In this document: positions 1 to 8,800 of the stretch, piece by piece
Layout of the letters: each line of letters starts with the position of its first letter
How positions within the stretch are numbered: the first letter of the stretch is position 1
Assembly: GCA_966252445.1 (NCBI GenBank)
Contig: CBINPH010000001.1
Coordinates: 1-42,652 of the forward strand
Length of the DNA: 42,652 nucleotides
From: an uncultured Chitinophagaceae bacterium
GTDB lineage: Bacteria > Bacteroidota > Bacteroidia > Chitinophagales > Chitinophagaceae
Direction: 5' to 3'
The notes under the pieces: model-generated
The model's input: only the letters and a program-made list of their open reading frames with translations
What the model was told of the DNA's origin: nothing
Database searches by the model: none
Made by a program: the position numbers and the translations under genes

Positions 1-1435
1 GCACCCCCAGGGTCTGGATGTCCAGATCGTTGGTGGGCTCGTCGAGGAGCAGGAAATTCGGGTTGCGGAAAAGAATGCTCAGCAGCAACAGGCGCCGCCG
101 CTCTCCCCCGCTGAGCATGGACAGGTACGTATACTGTTTCTCCGGGGGGAACAGAAAAAGCTGCAGGAACTGCGCGGCGCCCAGTTTGGTGCCGTCCGCC
201 AGCGGGAAATATTCGGCGATGTCCCGCACGAACTCGATGACGCGCTGGTCTTCCCGGATGGCCAGCCCCTGCTGGTGGTAATAGCCGAAAACCACCGTGT
301 CGCCCCGGTTCACCTTGCCCGAGTCGGCCGCCTCGGCCCCGGCGAGGATGTTGAGGAAGGTGGATTTGCCCGCCCCGTTGCTGCCGATGATGCCGATCCG
401 CTCGCCCTTCTTGAAGGTGTAGTCGAAGCCCCGGAGGATGACCCTGTCGCCGAAGGCTTTGTAGACTTTTTTCAGCTCCAGGACCTTGCCCCCCAGGCGG
501 GACATGCGGAGCTGCAGGCTGACGTTGCCCTCCTCTTTGCGCGCCGAGGCCTTTTCGCGGAGCTCGTGGTAGGCGTCGATGCGGGCCCTGGACTTGGTGC
601 CTCTGGCCCTCGGCTGGCGGCGGATCCAGTCCAGCTCCTTGCGGAGCAGGTTACGCGCCTTGCCCACGGAGGCCCGCTCCGCATCTTCCCGGGCCGCCTT
701 CTGTTCCAGGAACTGCGTATAGTCGCCGCGGTAACGGTACAGGCGGCCGTCGTCCAGCTCCAGGATCTCGGTGCAGACCTGGTCCAGGAAATAACGGTCA
801 TGGGTGACCAGGAACAGGGTGACCTTCTCCTGGCTCAGGTAGTGTTCCAGCCACTCGATCATCTCTACGTCCAGGTGGTTGGTAGGCTCGTCCAGGATAA
901 GCAGGGTATGGCGGTGCTCGAAACCGGCGTCGATAAGGGTCTTGGCCAGGGCCACCCGCTTGCGCTGCCCGCCCGAGAGGGTGGAGGCCGGCTGGGTGCC
1001 GCCCCTGATCTGCAGCTTGCCCAGGATCTGTTTGACCTTGGCCTCGAACTGCCAGGCCCCCAGTTCGTCCATGAGGGCAATGGCGGCGGTCAGCCGCCGG
1101 GGATCGCCACCAGGTTCTTCGAGGAGGGCTTCGTAGCCGCGGATGGCGTTGAGCACCGGGTGATCGTGGTGGAAAATGTTTTCCAGGACGCTGCGTTCGG
1201 GGTCCAGCGGGGTCTCCTGGTCCAGGGAGGCTACGGTGACGTCCTTGTGTATCCACACACGGCCTTCGTCGGGCGGCTCCCGGCCGGCCAGGATCTTCAG
1301 CAGGGTGGACTTGCCGGCTCCGTTGCGGGCTACCAGGGCGATCTTGTCGCCCTCGCTGATGTGTAGGGAAATATCCCGGAAAAGCGGCTGCACCCCGTAG
1401 GATTTGCCCAGGCCCTCGGCTGAGACGTAATGCAT
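1..1435 (-). CDS. ABC-F family ATPase with tandem ATP-binding cassettes (EttA/Uup-like). The C-terminus runs off the left edge of the window.
   Basis: It is absent from the ORF track because it has no stop codon inside the window. Reverse-complement translation from the ATG at 1435-1433 gives MHYVSAEGLGKSYGVQPLFRDISLHISEGDKIALVARNGAGKSTLLKILAG (Walker A). The reverse complement of about 1-120 reads MLSGGERRRLLLLSILFRNPNFLLLDEPTNDLDIQTLGV, which is the ABC signature LSGGE plus Walker B of the second cassette. The + ORF 275..1366 is its antisense shadow. Confidence 0.85.
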   Translation of the reverse strand, partial: MHYVSAEGLGKSYGVQPLFRDISLHISEGDKIALVARNGAGKSTLLKILAGREPPDEGRVWIHKDVTVASLDQETPLDPERSVLENIFHHDHPVLNAIRGYEALLEEPGGDPRRLTAAIALMDELGAWQFEAKVKQILGKLQIRGGTQPASTLSGGQRKRVALAKTLIDAGFEHRHTLLILDEPTNHLDVEMIEWLEHYLSQEKVTLFLVTHDRYFLDQVCTEILELDDGRLYRYRGDYTQFLEQKAAREDAERASVGKARNLLRKELDWIRRQPRARGTKSRARIDAYHELREKASARKEEGNVSLQLRMSRLGGKVLELKKVYKAFGDRVILRGFDYTFKKGERIGIIGSNGAGKSTFLNILAGAEAADSGKVNRGDTVVFGYYHQQGLAIREDQRVIEFVRDIAEYFPLADGTKLGAAQFLQLFLFPPEKQYTYLSMLSGGERRRLLLLSILFRNPNFLLLDEPTNDLDIQTLGV

Positions 1436-1444
1436 GCCGCGAAA

Positions 1445-2386
1445 TTAACCATTTGCGGCCGCTCCGCCGCCGAACTGTTCCCGGTATACGGCGGTGATCC
1501 CTTCCTCCAGGCCTATGCGGTGCTTCCAGCCCAGGGCATGCAACTTCGAGACATCCAGGAGCTTGCGGGGGGTGCCGTCAGGCTTGGACGGGTCAAAGGC
1601 GATGCGGCCGGTATAGCCCGTGATCCGCGCCAGCAGCTTCGCCAGCTCGGCAATGCTGAGGTCTTCGCCGGTGCCTATGTTGACCAGCCCCGCTTCGTCG
1701 TAGTGCTGCATGAGGTGGACGCAGGCGTCGGCCATGTCGTCGGCATGAAGGAACTCCCGCCGCGGCTGGCCCGTGCCCCAGACCGTCAGCTCGGGGGCGC
1801 CGGAACGGGCCGCCTCGTGGAAGCGGCGCAGCAGCGCGGGCAGCACATGCGAGGTTTCCAGGTCGTAGTTGTCGTGGGGGCCGTAGAGGTTGGTCGGCAT
1901 CACCGATATGAAATGGCAGCCGTACTGCGCCCGGTAGGCGTCGCAGAGGGCGATGCCCGCGATCTTGGCGATGGCGTAGGGTTCGTTGGTGGGCTCCAGG
2001 GGCCCCGTCAGCAGGTATTCCTCCCGCAGGGGCTGGGGCGCCATGTTGGGATAGATGCAGGAGGAGCCCAGGAACAGCAGTTTTTTCACTCCGCAGCGCC
2101 AGCTGCCGTGGATGATGTTGTTCTGGATCTGCAGGTTGTCATAGAGGAACTCGGCCCGGTAGGTGCTGTTCGCCATGATGCCGCCCACTTTGGCGGCGGC
2201 TAAAAAGACGTAGTCCGGGCGTTCCTCCTGGAGGAACTGCTCGGTGGCGCGCTGGTCCCGCAGGTCCAGCTCCGCGGAGCTGCGCAGCACGAAACGGTGG
2301 TAGCCCTCCGCGCGCAGGCGCCGGAGGATGGCGCTGCCCACCATGCCGCGGTGGCCGGCGATGTATATCTTGTCGTCCCGGTTCAT
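1445..2386 (-). CDS. fcl: GDP-L-fucose synthase (GDP-4-keto-6-deoxy-D-mannose 3,5-epimerase/4-reductase)
   Basis: 313 aa, collinear with E. coli Fcl/WcaG. Matching segments include [59 protein letters not shown] and [16 protein letters not shown]. The start ATG overlaps the gmd stop (ATGA). Confidence 0.95.
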   Translation of the reverse strand: MNRDDKIYIAGHRGMVGSAILRRLRAEGYHRFVLRSSAELDLRDQRATEQFLQEERPDYVFLAAAKVGGIMANSTYRAEFLYDNLQIQNNIIHGSWRCGVKKLLFLGSSCIYPNMAPQPLREEYLLTGPLEPTNEPYAIAKIAGIALCDAYRAQYGCHFISVMPTNLYGPHDNYDLETSHVLPALLRRFHEAARSGAPELTVWGTGQPRREFLHADDMADACVHLMQHYDEAGLVNIGTGEDLSIAELAKLLARITGYTGRIAFDPSKPDGTPRKLLDVSKLHALGWKHRIGLEEGITAVYREQFGGGAAANG

Positions 2387-3465
2387 ACAGTGTCGTTTGT
2401 AGGGGGTCTGCGCCCCGCGCGGAGGTCATGCTGCACCATCTCCCGGACCAGGTCCCGCAGCGGGGTGCGCGGTGTCCATCCCAGCTGCTGCTCGGCCTTG
2501 GAGGCGTCACCGATGAGCATGTCGACCTCCGTGGGCCGGAAATACCGGGGGTCTACCCGGACCACTTCGGTGCCCGGCGCCAGGGAGGCGGGCCCGTTGT
2601 TGCCCAGGACGTAGCCCGTCTCGGCGCTGCCCTCGCCGCGGAAGGCGACCTCGATGCCGGCCTCGGCAAAGGCCATTGTCACGAAATCCCGCACGGAGAC
2701 CGTGCGGCCTGTGGCGATGACGTAGTCTTCCGGGCGCTCTTGCTGCAGCATCAGCCACATGGCCTCCACGTAGTCGCGGGCATGTCCCCAGTCGCGGCGG
2801 GCGTCCAGGTTGCCCAGGTAGATGCAGTCCTGGTGGCCATGGACGATGGCGGCGACGCCGCGGGTGATCTTCCGGGTGACGAAGGTCTCGCCCCGCAGGG
2901 GGCTTTCGTGGTTGAACAGGATGCCGTTGACGGCATACAGGCCGTAGGCTTCCCGGTAGTTGACCGTGATCCAGTAGGCGTACAGCTTGGCGACGCCGTA
3001 GGGGGAGCGGGGGTAAAAGGGCGTGCTCTCCTTCTGGGGGACCTCCTGCACCAGCCCGTACAGCTCCGAGGTCGAGGCCTGGTAAAAACGGGTGCTGTCG
3101 CCCAGCCCAAGCAGGCGGATGGCCTCCAGCAGGCGCAGGGTGCCCAGGGCATCCGCATTGGCCGTATATTCGGGGGTCTCGAAGCTGACCTTCACGTGGC
3201 TCTGGGCAGCCAGGTTGTAGATCTCGTCGGGACGGGTCTCCTGGATGATGCGGATGAGGTTCGTCGAATCGGTCATGTCCCCGTAATGGAGGATGAAGTT
3301 CGGGTGGTTGACATGGGGATCCTCATACAGGTGGTCTATGCGGTCCGTGTTGATCAGCGAGCTGCGCCGCTTGATGCCGTGGACAACGTAATCCTTCTGC
3401 AGGAGAAATTCGGCGAGGTAAGCGCCGTCCTGGCCGGTGATGCCTGTGATCAGGGCTGTTTTCAT
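2383..3465 (-). CDS. gmd: GDP-mannose 4,6-dehydratase
   Basis: 360 aa. Matching segments include [87 protein letters not shown] and [10 protein letters not shown], with near full-length similarity to E. coli Gmd. Confidence 0.96.
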   Translation of the reverse strand: MKTALITGITGQDGAYLAEFLLQKDYVVHGIKRRSSLINTDRIDHLYEDPHVNHPNFILHYGDMTDSTNLIRIIQETRPDEIYNLAAQSHVKVSFETPEYTANADALGTLRLLEAIRLLGLGDSTRFYQASTSELYGLVQEVPQKESTPFYPRSPYGVAKLYAYWITVNYREAYGLYAVNGILFNHESPLRGETFVTRKITRGVAAIVHGHQDCIYLGNLDARRDWGHARDYVEAMWLMLQQERPEDYVIATGRTVSVRDFVTMAFAEAGIEVAFRGEGSAETGYVLGNNGPASLAPGTEVVRVDPRYFRPTEVDMLIGDASKAEQQLGWTPRTPLRDLVREMVQHDLRAGRRPPTNDTV

Positions 3466-3491
3466 GGGTCTTTTTTAGGGCGAAAGCCCTG

Positions 3492-3499
3492 CAAAAGTA
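3492..3499 (-). promoter_or_regulatory. Candidate Bacteroidota sigma-A -7 box (TACTTTTG) for the gmd-fcl-ABC-F unit
   Basis: The reverse complement of caaaagta is TACTTTTG, an exact match to the TAnnTTTG consensus. It lies about 27 nt upstream of the gmd ATG (3465). Confidence 0.4.
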
Positions 3500-3602
3500 G
3501 AAAAAAGGGCGCAGAGCGCCTGCCGCTCGCCGGGCAGGCTGTGCCGGTGCGCAATGAACCAAAGATCAGCCCGGGGTGTAAAATAGAACAGCCGCGATAA
3601 CG

Positions 3603-4484
3603 ATGGAGCATTTTACGATCAGGGACCTGGAGAACCTCTCCGGCATCAAGGGGCATACGATCCGCATGTGGGAGCAGCGGTACGGATTCCTTCGCCCCCG
3701 CCGCACCGAGTCCAACATCCGGTATTATGACTGTGCGGAGCTCAAAAAGCTCCGCAACGTGGCCCTGCTGCTGCGCAACGGCTACCGCATTTCGCAAATC
3801 AACCGCATGAGCCCCGCGCAGATGCATGAACGGGTGCTGGCGCTGCGGGAAGCGCCGGCCTGCCACGAGCGCAGGATCACCGAGCTGATCGAGGCCATGG
3901 TCAAGGCTGATGCGCTGCGCTTCGAGGCGCTGCTGGACGAGGGCGTCTGCGCCCTGGGCATGGACAAGGCCATCCCCGGGCTCCTCTTGCCTTTTCTGGA
4001 GCAGGCCGCCCTGCTCTGGACCACCGACCGCATCAATGCCGCCCAGGAACAGCTGGTGACGGCCCTGATCCGCCAGAAGATCATCGCCGCCATAGACGCC
4101 CAGCCGGCGCCCACCAAGGGTAAGCGCTCTCCCGTGATGCTCTTTTTGCCCGAAGGAGAATACCATGAGCCCGAGCTGCTCTTCGTGCATTACCTGCTGC
4201 GCGCCCGGGGGCGCTGCAGCCTGTACCTCGGTCCCAATATCCCGCCGGCCCAGGCAGCGCTGCTTCTGGAGGCCCGCCGTCCCGCGGCGGTCTGCGTGCA
4301 CCTGCATGCCGTCCGCGGCAATTTCAGCTTCCCCCGCTTTCTCCGGGATATGCATGACCATTTCTCAGGAATACCTGTCATTCTTACAGGCCCCATGACA
4401 GCCGGACTGCCTCCGGGGCTTCCCGCCGGCATCCGCGTTCTGCCTTCCGGCCCCGGCATGGGGGCCTGGGTACGCAGCCTGTAG
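3603..4484 (+). CDS. MerR-family transcriptional regulator with a CarH/LitR-type cobalamin-binding-like C-terminal module
   Basis: 293 aa. The MerR wHTH is FTIRDLENLSGIKGHTIRMWEQRYGFLRPRRTESNIRYYDCAELKKL. The C-terminal part aligns by eye to the CarH B12 module: LWTTDRINAAQEQL resembles the Wx9EH cap motif (here Wx9EQ), and VMLFLPEGEYHEPELLFVHYLLRARGRCSLYLGPNIP resembles the ExHxxG...YLGxxxP Rossmann segment (His kept, Gly replaced by Glu). Confidence 0.8.
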   Translation: MEHFTIRDLENLSGIKGHTIRMWEQRYGFLRPRRTESNIRYYDCAELKKLRNVALLLRNGYRISQINRMSPAQMHERVLALREAPACHERRITELIEAMVKADALRFEALLDEGVCALGMDKAIPGLLLPFLEQAALLWTTDRINAAQEQLVTALIRQKIIAAIDAQPAPTKGKRSPVMLFLPEGEYHEPELLFVHYLLRARGRCSLYLGPNIPPAQAALLLEARRPAAVCVHLHAVRGNFSFPRFLRDMHDHFSGIPVILTGPMTAGLPPGLPAGIRVLPSGPGMGAWVRSL

Positions 4485-4569
4485 GGCTTCCCGGCGTATA
4501 GGCGTGCCCCGGACCTAAATTTAACAAAACCTTACACGGCAGCCCTGGCAAAGCCGCATGGTTTTTGTT

Positions 4570-4577
4570 TAATTTCG
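4570..4577 (+). promoter_or_regulatory. Near-consensus -7 box (TAATTTCG) upstream of the ECF sigma gene
   Basis: TAATTTCG matches TAnnTTTG at 7 of 8 positions. It sits in an AT-rich stretch (ggtttttgtttaatttcgtta), 22 nt before the ATG at 4599. Confidence 0.25.
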
Positions 4578-4598
4578 TTAGAGCCAAAATTAAACAAG

Positions 4599-5099
4599 AT
4601 GTCGGGGATCGAATTCAACAAACTGCTGGTGAGCAACTCGGATTTCCTGAAGCCGTTCGCCATCACACTGACCAGAGACAGTGAGGCAGCCAAGGACCTT
4701 TTTCAGGAGACCATGTTCCGGGCGCTGGCCAACCAGGACAAGTACAACGTGGGTACCAACATCCGCGCCTGGCTGTATACGATCATGCGGAACATTTTCA
4801 TCAACAACTACCGCCGCAAAGCGAAGCAGAACACTATTTTTGACCATACCAGCAACGACTATCTCCTGGACTTCAACCAGGCCGGGATCACCAACAGCGC
4901 GGAATCCAGCCTCCGGGTCAAGGAGATCAACCAGTCGATCAGCAAGCTGCCGGACATCTTCAAGCGGCCCCTGCTGATGTATTTCGAAGGGTACAAATAC
5001 TATGAGATCGCGGAGATGCTCCAGGAGCCCCTGGGAACCATCAAAAGCCGCATCCACTTCGCCCGCAAGATGCTGAAGTCCCAGATTGCCCGTTACTGA
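4599..5099 (+). CDS. ECF-type RNA polymerase sigma-70 family factor
   Basis: 166 aa. Region 2 is DLFQETMFRALANQDKYNVGTNIRAWLYTIMRNIFINNYRR. The region 4 HTH is YKYYEIAEMLQEPLGTIKSRIHFARKML. Confidence 0.9.
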   Translation: MSGIEFNKLLVSNSDFLKPFAITLTRDSEAAKDLFQETMFRALANQDKYNVGTNIRAWLYTIMRNIFINNYRRKAKQNTIFDHTSNDYLLDFNQAGITNSAESSLRVKEINQSISKLPDIFKRPLLMYFEGYKYYEIAEMLQEPLGTIKSRIHFARKMLKSQIARY

Positions 5100-5788
5100 G
5101 CCACTGCCTTTTCGTCGGCCGCCAGGGCGCGGATGTCAGCCACCTCCAGCACCCGCTTCGCCGCGCCGCGGAGGGTGACGGCGATCATGGCCAGTCCCAC
5201 GTCTTCCACCCGGCCCACGTACGCCGGGAAAATGGCCGACAGGATGGGGTAAATTCTCCCCAACCCGCGGAGCAGCCACGGCACCCGCCGCTGTCCCCGG
5301 TAAAAGGCCATGAATCCCGGCCGGAACATATAGGCGTGGGGGAAGAGTTTCATCAGGGTGTTCTCCGTTCGTCCCTTCACCCTGGCCCACATACGCCGTC
5401 CTTTTTCCGTGCCGTCGGTGCCCAGGCCGGATACATAGCAAAACACCATGTCCGGATCCGTGGCGGCCAGTGGTTGCGCTACCTGCAGCGCCAGGTCGTA
5501 GGTCAGCCTGGTGAAGGTGGCTTCGTCCCTGCCAATAGAGCTCACGCCGGCGCAGAAAAAGCAGGCGTCGTATCCCGGGGGCAGAGGCTGCTCCCGGCCC
5601 AGCTCGGCGAAGTTCCCCACCAGCAGTTCCGTCAACCGCGGATGGCTGACACCGCAGGGCCGCCGCCCCAGGACCAGCACGGAGGCTACCTGCGGATGGC
5701 GCAGGCAGGTCAGCAGCACGCCTTCCCCGACCATGCCGGTCGCCCCGGTCAGCATAACCTTGATGTGGCGTTCCATGTGTTTGGCCAT
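5093..5788 (-). CDS. NAD(P)H-binding atypical SDR / NmrA-HTATIP2-like oxidoreductase
   Basis: 231 aa with an N-terminal Rossmann motif, KVMLTGATGMVGEGV. Its length and layout are typical of NAD(P)-binding domain proteins. It converges on the sigma gene with a 7-nt overlap of the 3' ends. Confidence 0.7.
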   Translation of the reverse strand: MAKHMERHIKVMLTGATGMVGEGVLLTCLRHPQVASVLVLGRRPCGVSHPRLTELLVGNFAELGREQPLPPGYDACFFCAGVSSIGRDEATFTRLTYDLALQVAQPLAATDPDMVFCYVSGLGTDGTEKGRRMWARVKGRTENTLMKLFPHAYMFRPGFMAFYRGQRRVPWLLRGLGRIYPILSAIFPAYVGRVEDVGLAMIAVTLRGAAKRVLEVADIRALAADEKAVAQ

Positions 5789-5795
5789 GATGGTC

Positions 5796-5821
5796 GTCCC
5801 GGCGCAGCCAGGCGCCGGGAC
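5796..5821 (-). terminator. Perfect 10-bp GC hairpin (GTCCCGGCGC-agccag-GCGCCGGGAC) downstream of the TPR/transglutaminase gene
   Basis: The arms 5796-5805 and 5812-5821 are exact reverse complements around a 6-nt loop. The hairpin lies 38 nt after the stop at 5859 and 8 nt before the next ATG (5788). There is no U-tract. Confidence 0.4.
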
Positions 5822-5858
5822 CGTGAATATAAGCCTTCCCGGGCGTTCACCGCCTCTT

Positions 5859-8800
5859 TCAGGGCGTTTTCTGCTCGTAGACGATGTACTGCGTTTCCGC
5901 CTTTATGATGCGCTTGAAAAAATCCTCGAAGCGCGTATAGTCCCCCGGCGCGATCTGCTTCCAGGGGATGGTCGTAAAATCCCGGGTCACCTCCAGGGCG
6001 TGGTCGCCCGCCCGCCGGTAGCGCAGCGTATAATGCATGTCCCCGAAACGGAGGTCCACATCTTCGGGCAGCTGGCTCACCCTGGCGTCCGCCGGGAGCT
6101 CTACGGCTACGGTGGTGGCGTAATGCTCCGTGTTCTCGTATTGCGCGTAGTCGATGGGGAAATGCCGGTCCTGCACGCTGAAGGGGTTCATGTTGGCCAC
6201 CACGTCGATAAAGTTGAGCTTCAGCATGTAAAGGTCGTTGACATGGATGATCTCGTTGGGCACCTGGTAGGCCACCCGTACGCGCAGCGAGTCCTCCAGG
6301 CTGTCGACCCCATTCAGGTTCACCGAACCCAGATCCACGGATTTCTTGTATATCCCGTCCAGCCTTTCCCGCAGCTTGTCCCTGGTCTTGTCGGTCGGCT
6401 CGTTCTTGTACGTATAGCGGTATGAGGAGGTGAGGGCCCCCGTCAGCTGCAGGCGGGACTGCACGGCGATGTCCTCACCCTCGACGCGGATGTCCAGGTG
6501 GCGGATCACGGCGTCGGCCAGGGCCCGGGAACTGCGCAGGGGGGCCAGCACGGCGCTGTCGCCGGGGCCCTCTCCGTAGGGGATAAACAGGGACTGGGCC
6601 TGCCGCAGGTCCAGGGGCAGCGCGCCGAAGGGCAGGTCCGTATCCGTCAGTTCCACGTAGCGGCGGGCGGCGCCGCTGCCGTAGGCGGCGATGCAGTGGT
6701 TGAAGGCCATGGACGGCAGGGCCATGGCCTGCAGGCCGTTGTCCCGCGTGTTCACCAGCACCAGGTTGGCCTCCAGGCCGGCCTTGCGGGCCAGGGCGAC
6801 GAACAGCGTAGCCATGTCCTTGCAGTCCCCCATCCCCGTGACCAGGGTCTTGGAGGCTTTCTGCGGCACATAGGCGCTCTGCCGGAAAGGCACCGAGCTG
6901 TAGGTGATGTGGCGGACGAGGTACCGGTATATGTCCCGCGCCTTGTCGTCGGCGCTCAGGCCGCCGGCGCCGCGGGGAAAGATCTCCGCGAAAGCCTGGT
7001 CCAGATCGAAGTTGTCCCCGCACTGCTGGCGGGTGATGTCGCTGTACCATCGCGAGATGGTGGCCCAGGAGGGTATGGTCGAGACGTGCAGCACCTGGCC
7101 GATGTCGGCGGACTGCGGGCTCAGGGGCTCGTCCTTGATGGCGGGCAGGCTGTCACGCACCCAGGTATACAGGGTGTACTGCTCATGGCGCGACACCGAA
7201 GGGGCCGGATGCCGGTCGTGAAGGAAACGGTAGTGCAGCGTCCGTCCGTCCGCCAGCAGCAGGTTGTAGCGGCAGGTCTGCGTGGGCACCGCGGCCGAAA
7301 AATAGAAGTTGTCCCAGAACTCCCTGCCCAGGCGCCCAATGCCGAAACTGCGCCGCTTGTAATGCCAGTATACGATGTCACCGGCCTCCAGGCGGGTGAA
7401 GACGACCTGGTTGCCATCCTGGTCGGCGGGCACCTTGCTGCCGTCCTTTTTTCGCACCTCGGCCTCGATGATCTGCAGCTCCTGGAAATTGCTGTTGTAG
7501 CCAATGCTCATCTCCTTGAATGCGTCGATGCCCTTGTCGTCGTTGATGTGCACGGCGGTGATCACCTCCTCCACGCTGGCCCCCTGGGGCAGGACCAGGT
7601 TGTTTTTCACGTCGAAGACGTAATAGTAATGGTGGACGCTGTCATAGGGCCTGCGCAGGTTGTCCGCGATGCGGCGCTCGGCGTCAAAGGCGGGGAAGTA
7701 ATGCTCCAGCTCGGGCTGCCTGCCCAGTTCCCGGATCTTGTTCAGGTAGGGGGCCTGCGAGGGATCGCACTGCAGGGCCCGGGTATAAGCCTCCCGGGCG
7801 CGGGCGGTATCTTTGAGCTGCTCGTAGCAGATGGCGATGTCGCGGTAGGTCTCGCTGCGGTAAGGGGCGTTCCGCAGCAGTCGCCGCAGGACGGCTATGG
7901 CGGAATCCAGCTGCCCCGCCTTGAAATAATAGCCGGCGAGGTCGTTGTAGGCGTCCGTGACATAGGGGATGTCGGCCAGCAGCTTTTGTTTGACCCCCCG
8001 CCCTTTCTCGTTCTGTCCCTGCTCCAGGTATTCGTTGGACAGGGCCCGGATGAGGTTGTAGTTGAAGGCGCTGCTGTCGTAATGCTCCAGGGCATGCAGG
8101 GCCGCGGCGGGGTCATGGTCCACCTTCTTCCGGTAGCTGTAGTCGTACAGGGCGAAGTCGGCATACTGCGGGTACTGGGTGACGCCCTGGCGGATCAGCG
8201 TTTTCAGCTGGTCCAGGTTCCCGGTCTGGGCCACCAGCTTGATCTGGCTCTCCAGCAGCGGCGCGGTAAGGCCGGTGCGCCCGACGATGGAGTCCAGCAC
8301 CGACAGGGCGGCCGTGTATTTCTTGTCCTGCTCGAGCTGCTGTTCCCGGTAGAGCTGGTTGTAGATGGAGGCCGGGTCCAGGCTCTTGATCTTTTCCATG
8401 GCCGCCTGCCAGGCGGTCCGGTTGCCTTCGGCGGACAGGCATTGCAGATAGGTGGCCAGCAGCAGGGTGTTGCGGGGATGGCGGGTCATCAGAGGCTCCA
8501 GCAGCGCCCGCGTCTCGTCGGTCTTCTGGTTGCGCAGGTAGGTCCTGGCCAGCAGCAGGTAGAGCACGGGGTTGTCGGGCTCGCCCTTGATCTTTTTCAG
8601 GAAATAGGTCTCGGCGAAGGGGGGCAGGGCCTCGGGGAGGGGTCCCTGGTCGCGGGTGTAGGCATGATAGGCCGGGTCCCCGCGGAGGCCGTCCACGGCA
8701 TGGCCCTCCGCGTCGCCAAAGCGCAGGATGAAGTTGGGCATCTCCGTGTCGGCGTACCCGTTTTGCACCACAATGCGGTTGTATCCCGCATGAAGGTGGC

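Noticed and set aside
5093-5788. An anti-sigma factor expected downstream of the ECF sigma gene, including the alternative-frame ORF 4681..4977 inside the sigma gene.
   Set aside because: The next gene is convergent and is an NAD(P)-binding Rossmann protein. It has no zinc-binding anti-sigma (HxxxCxxC) motif and no TM helix. The internal ORF is an out-of-frame artefact.
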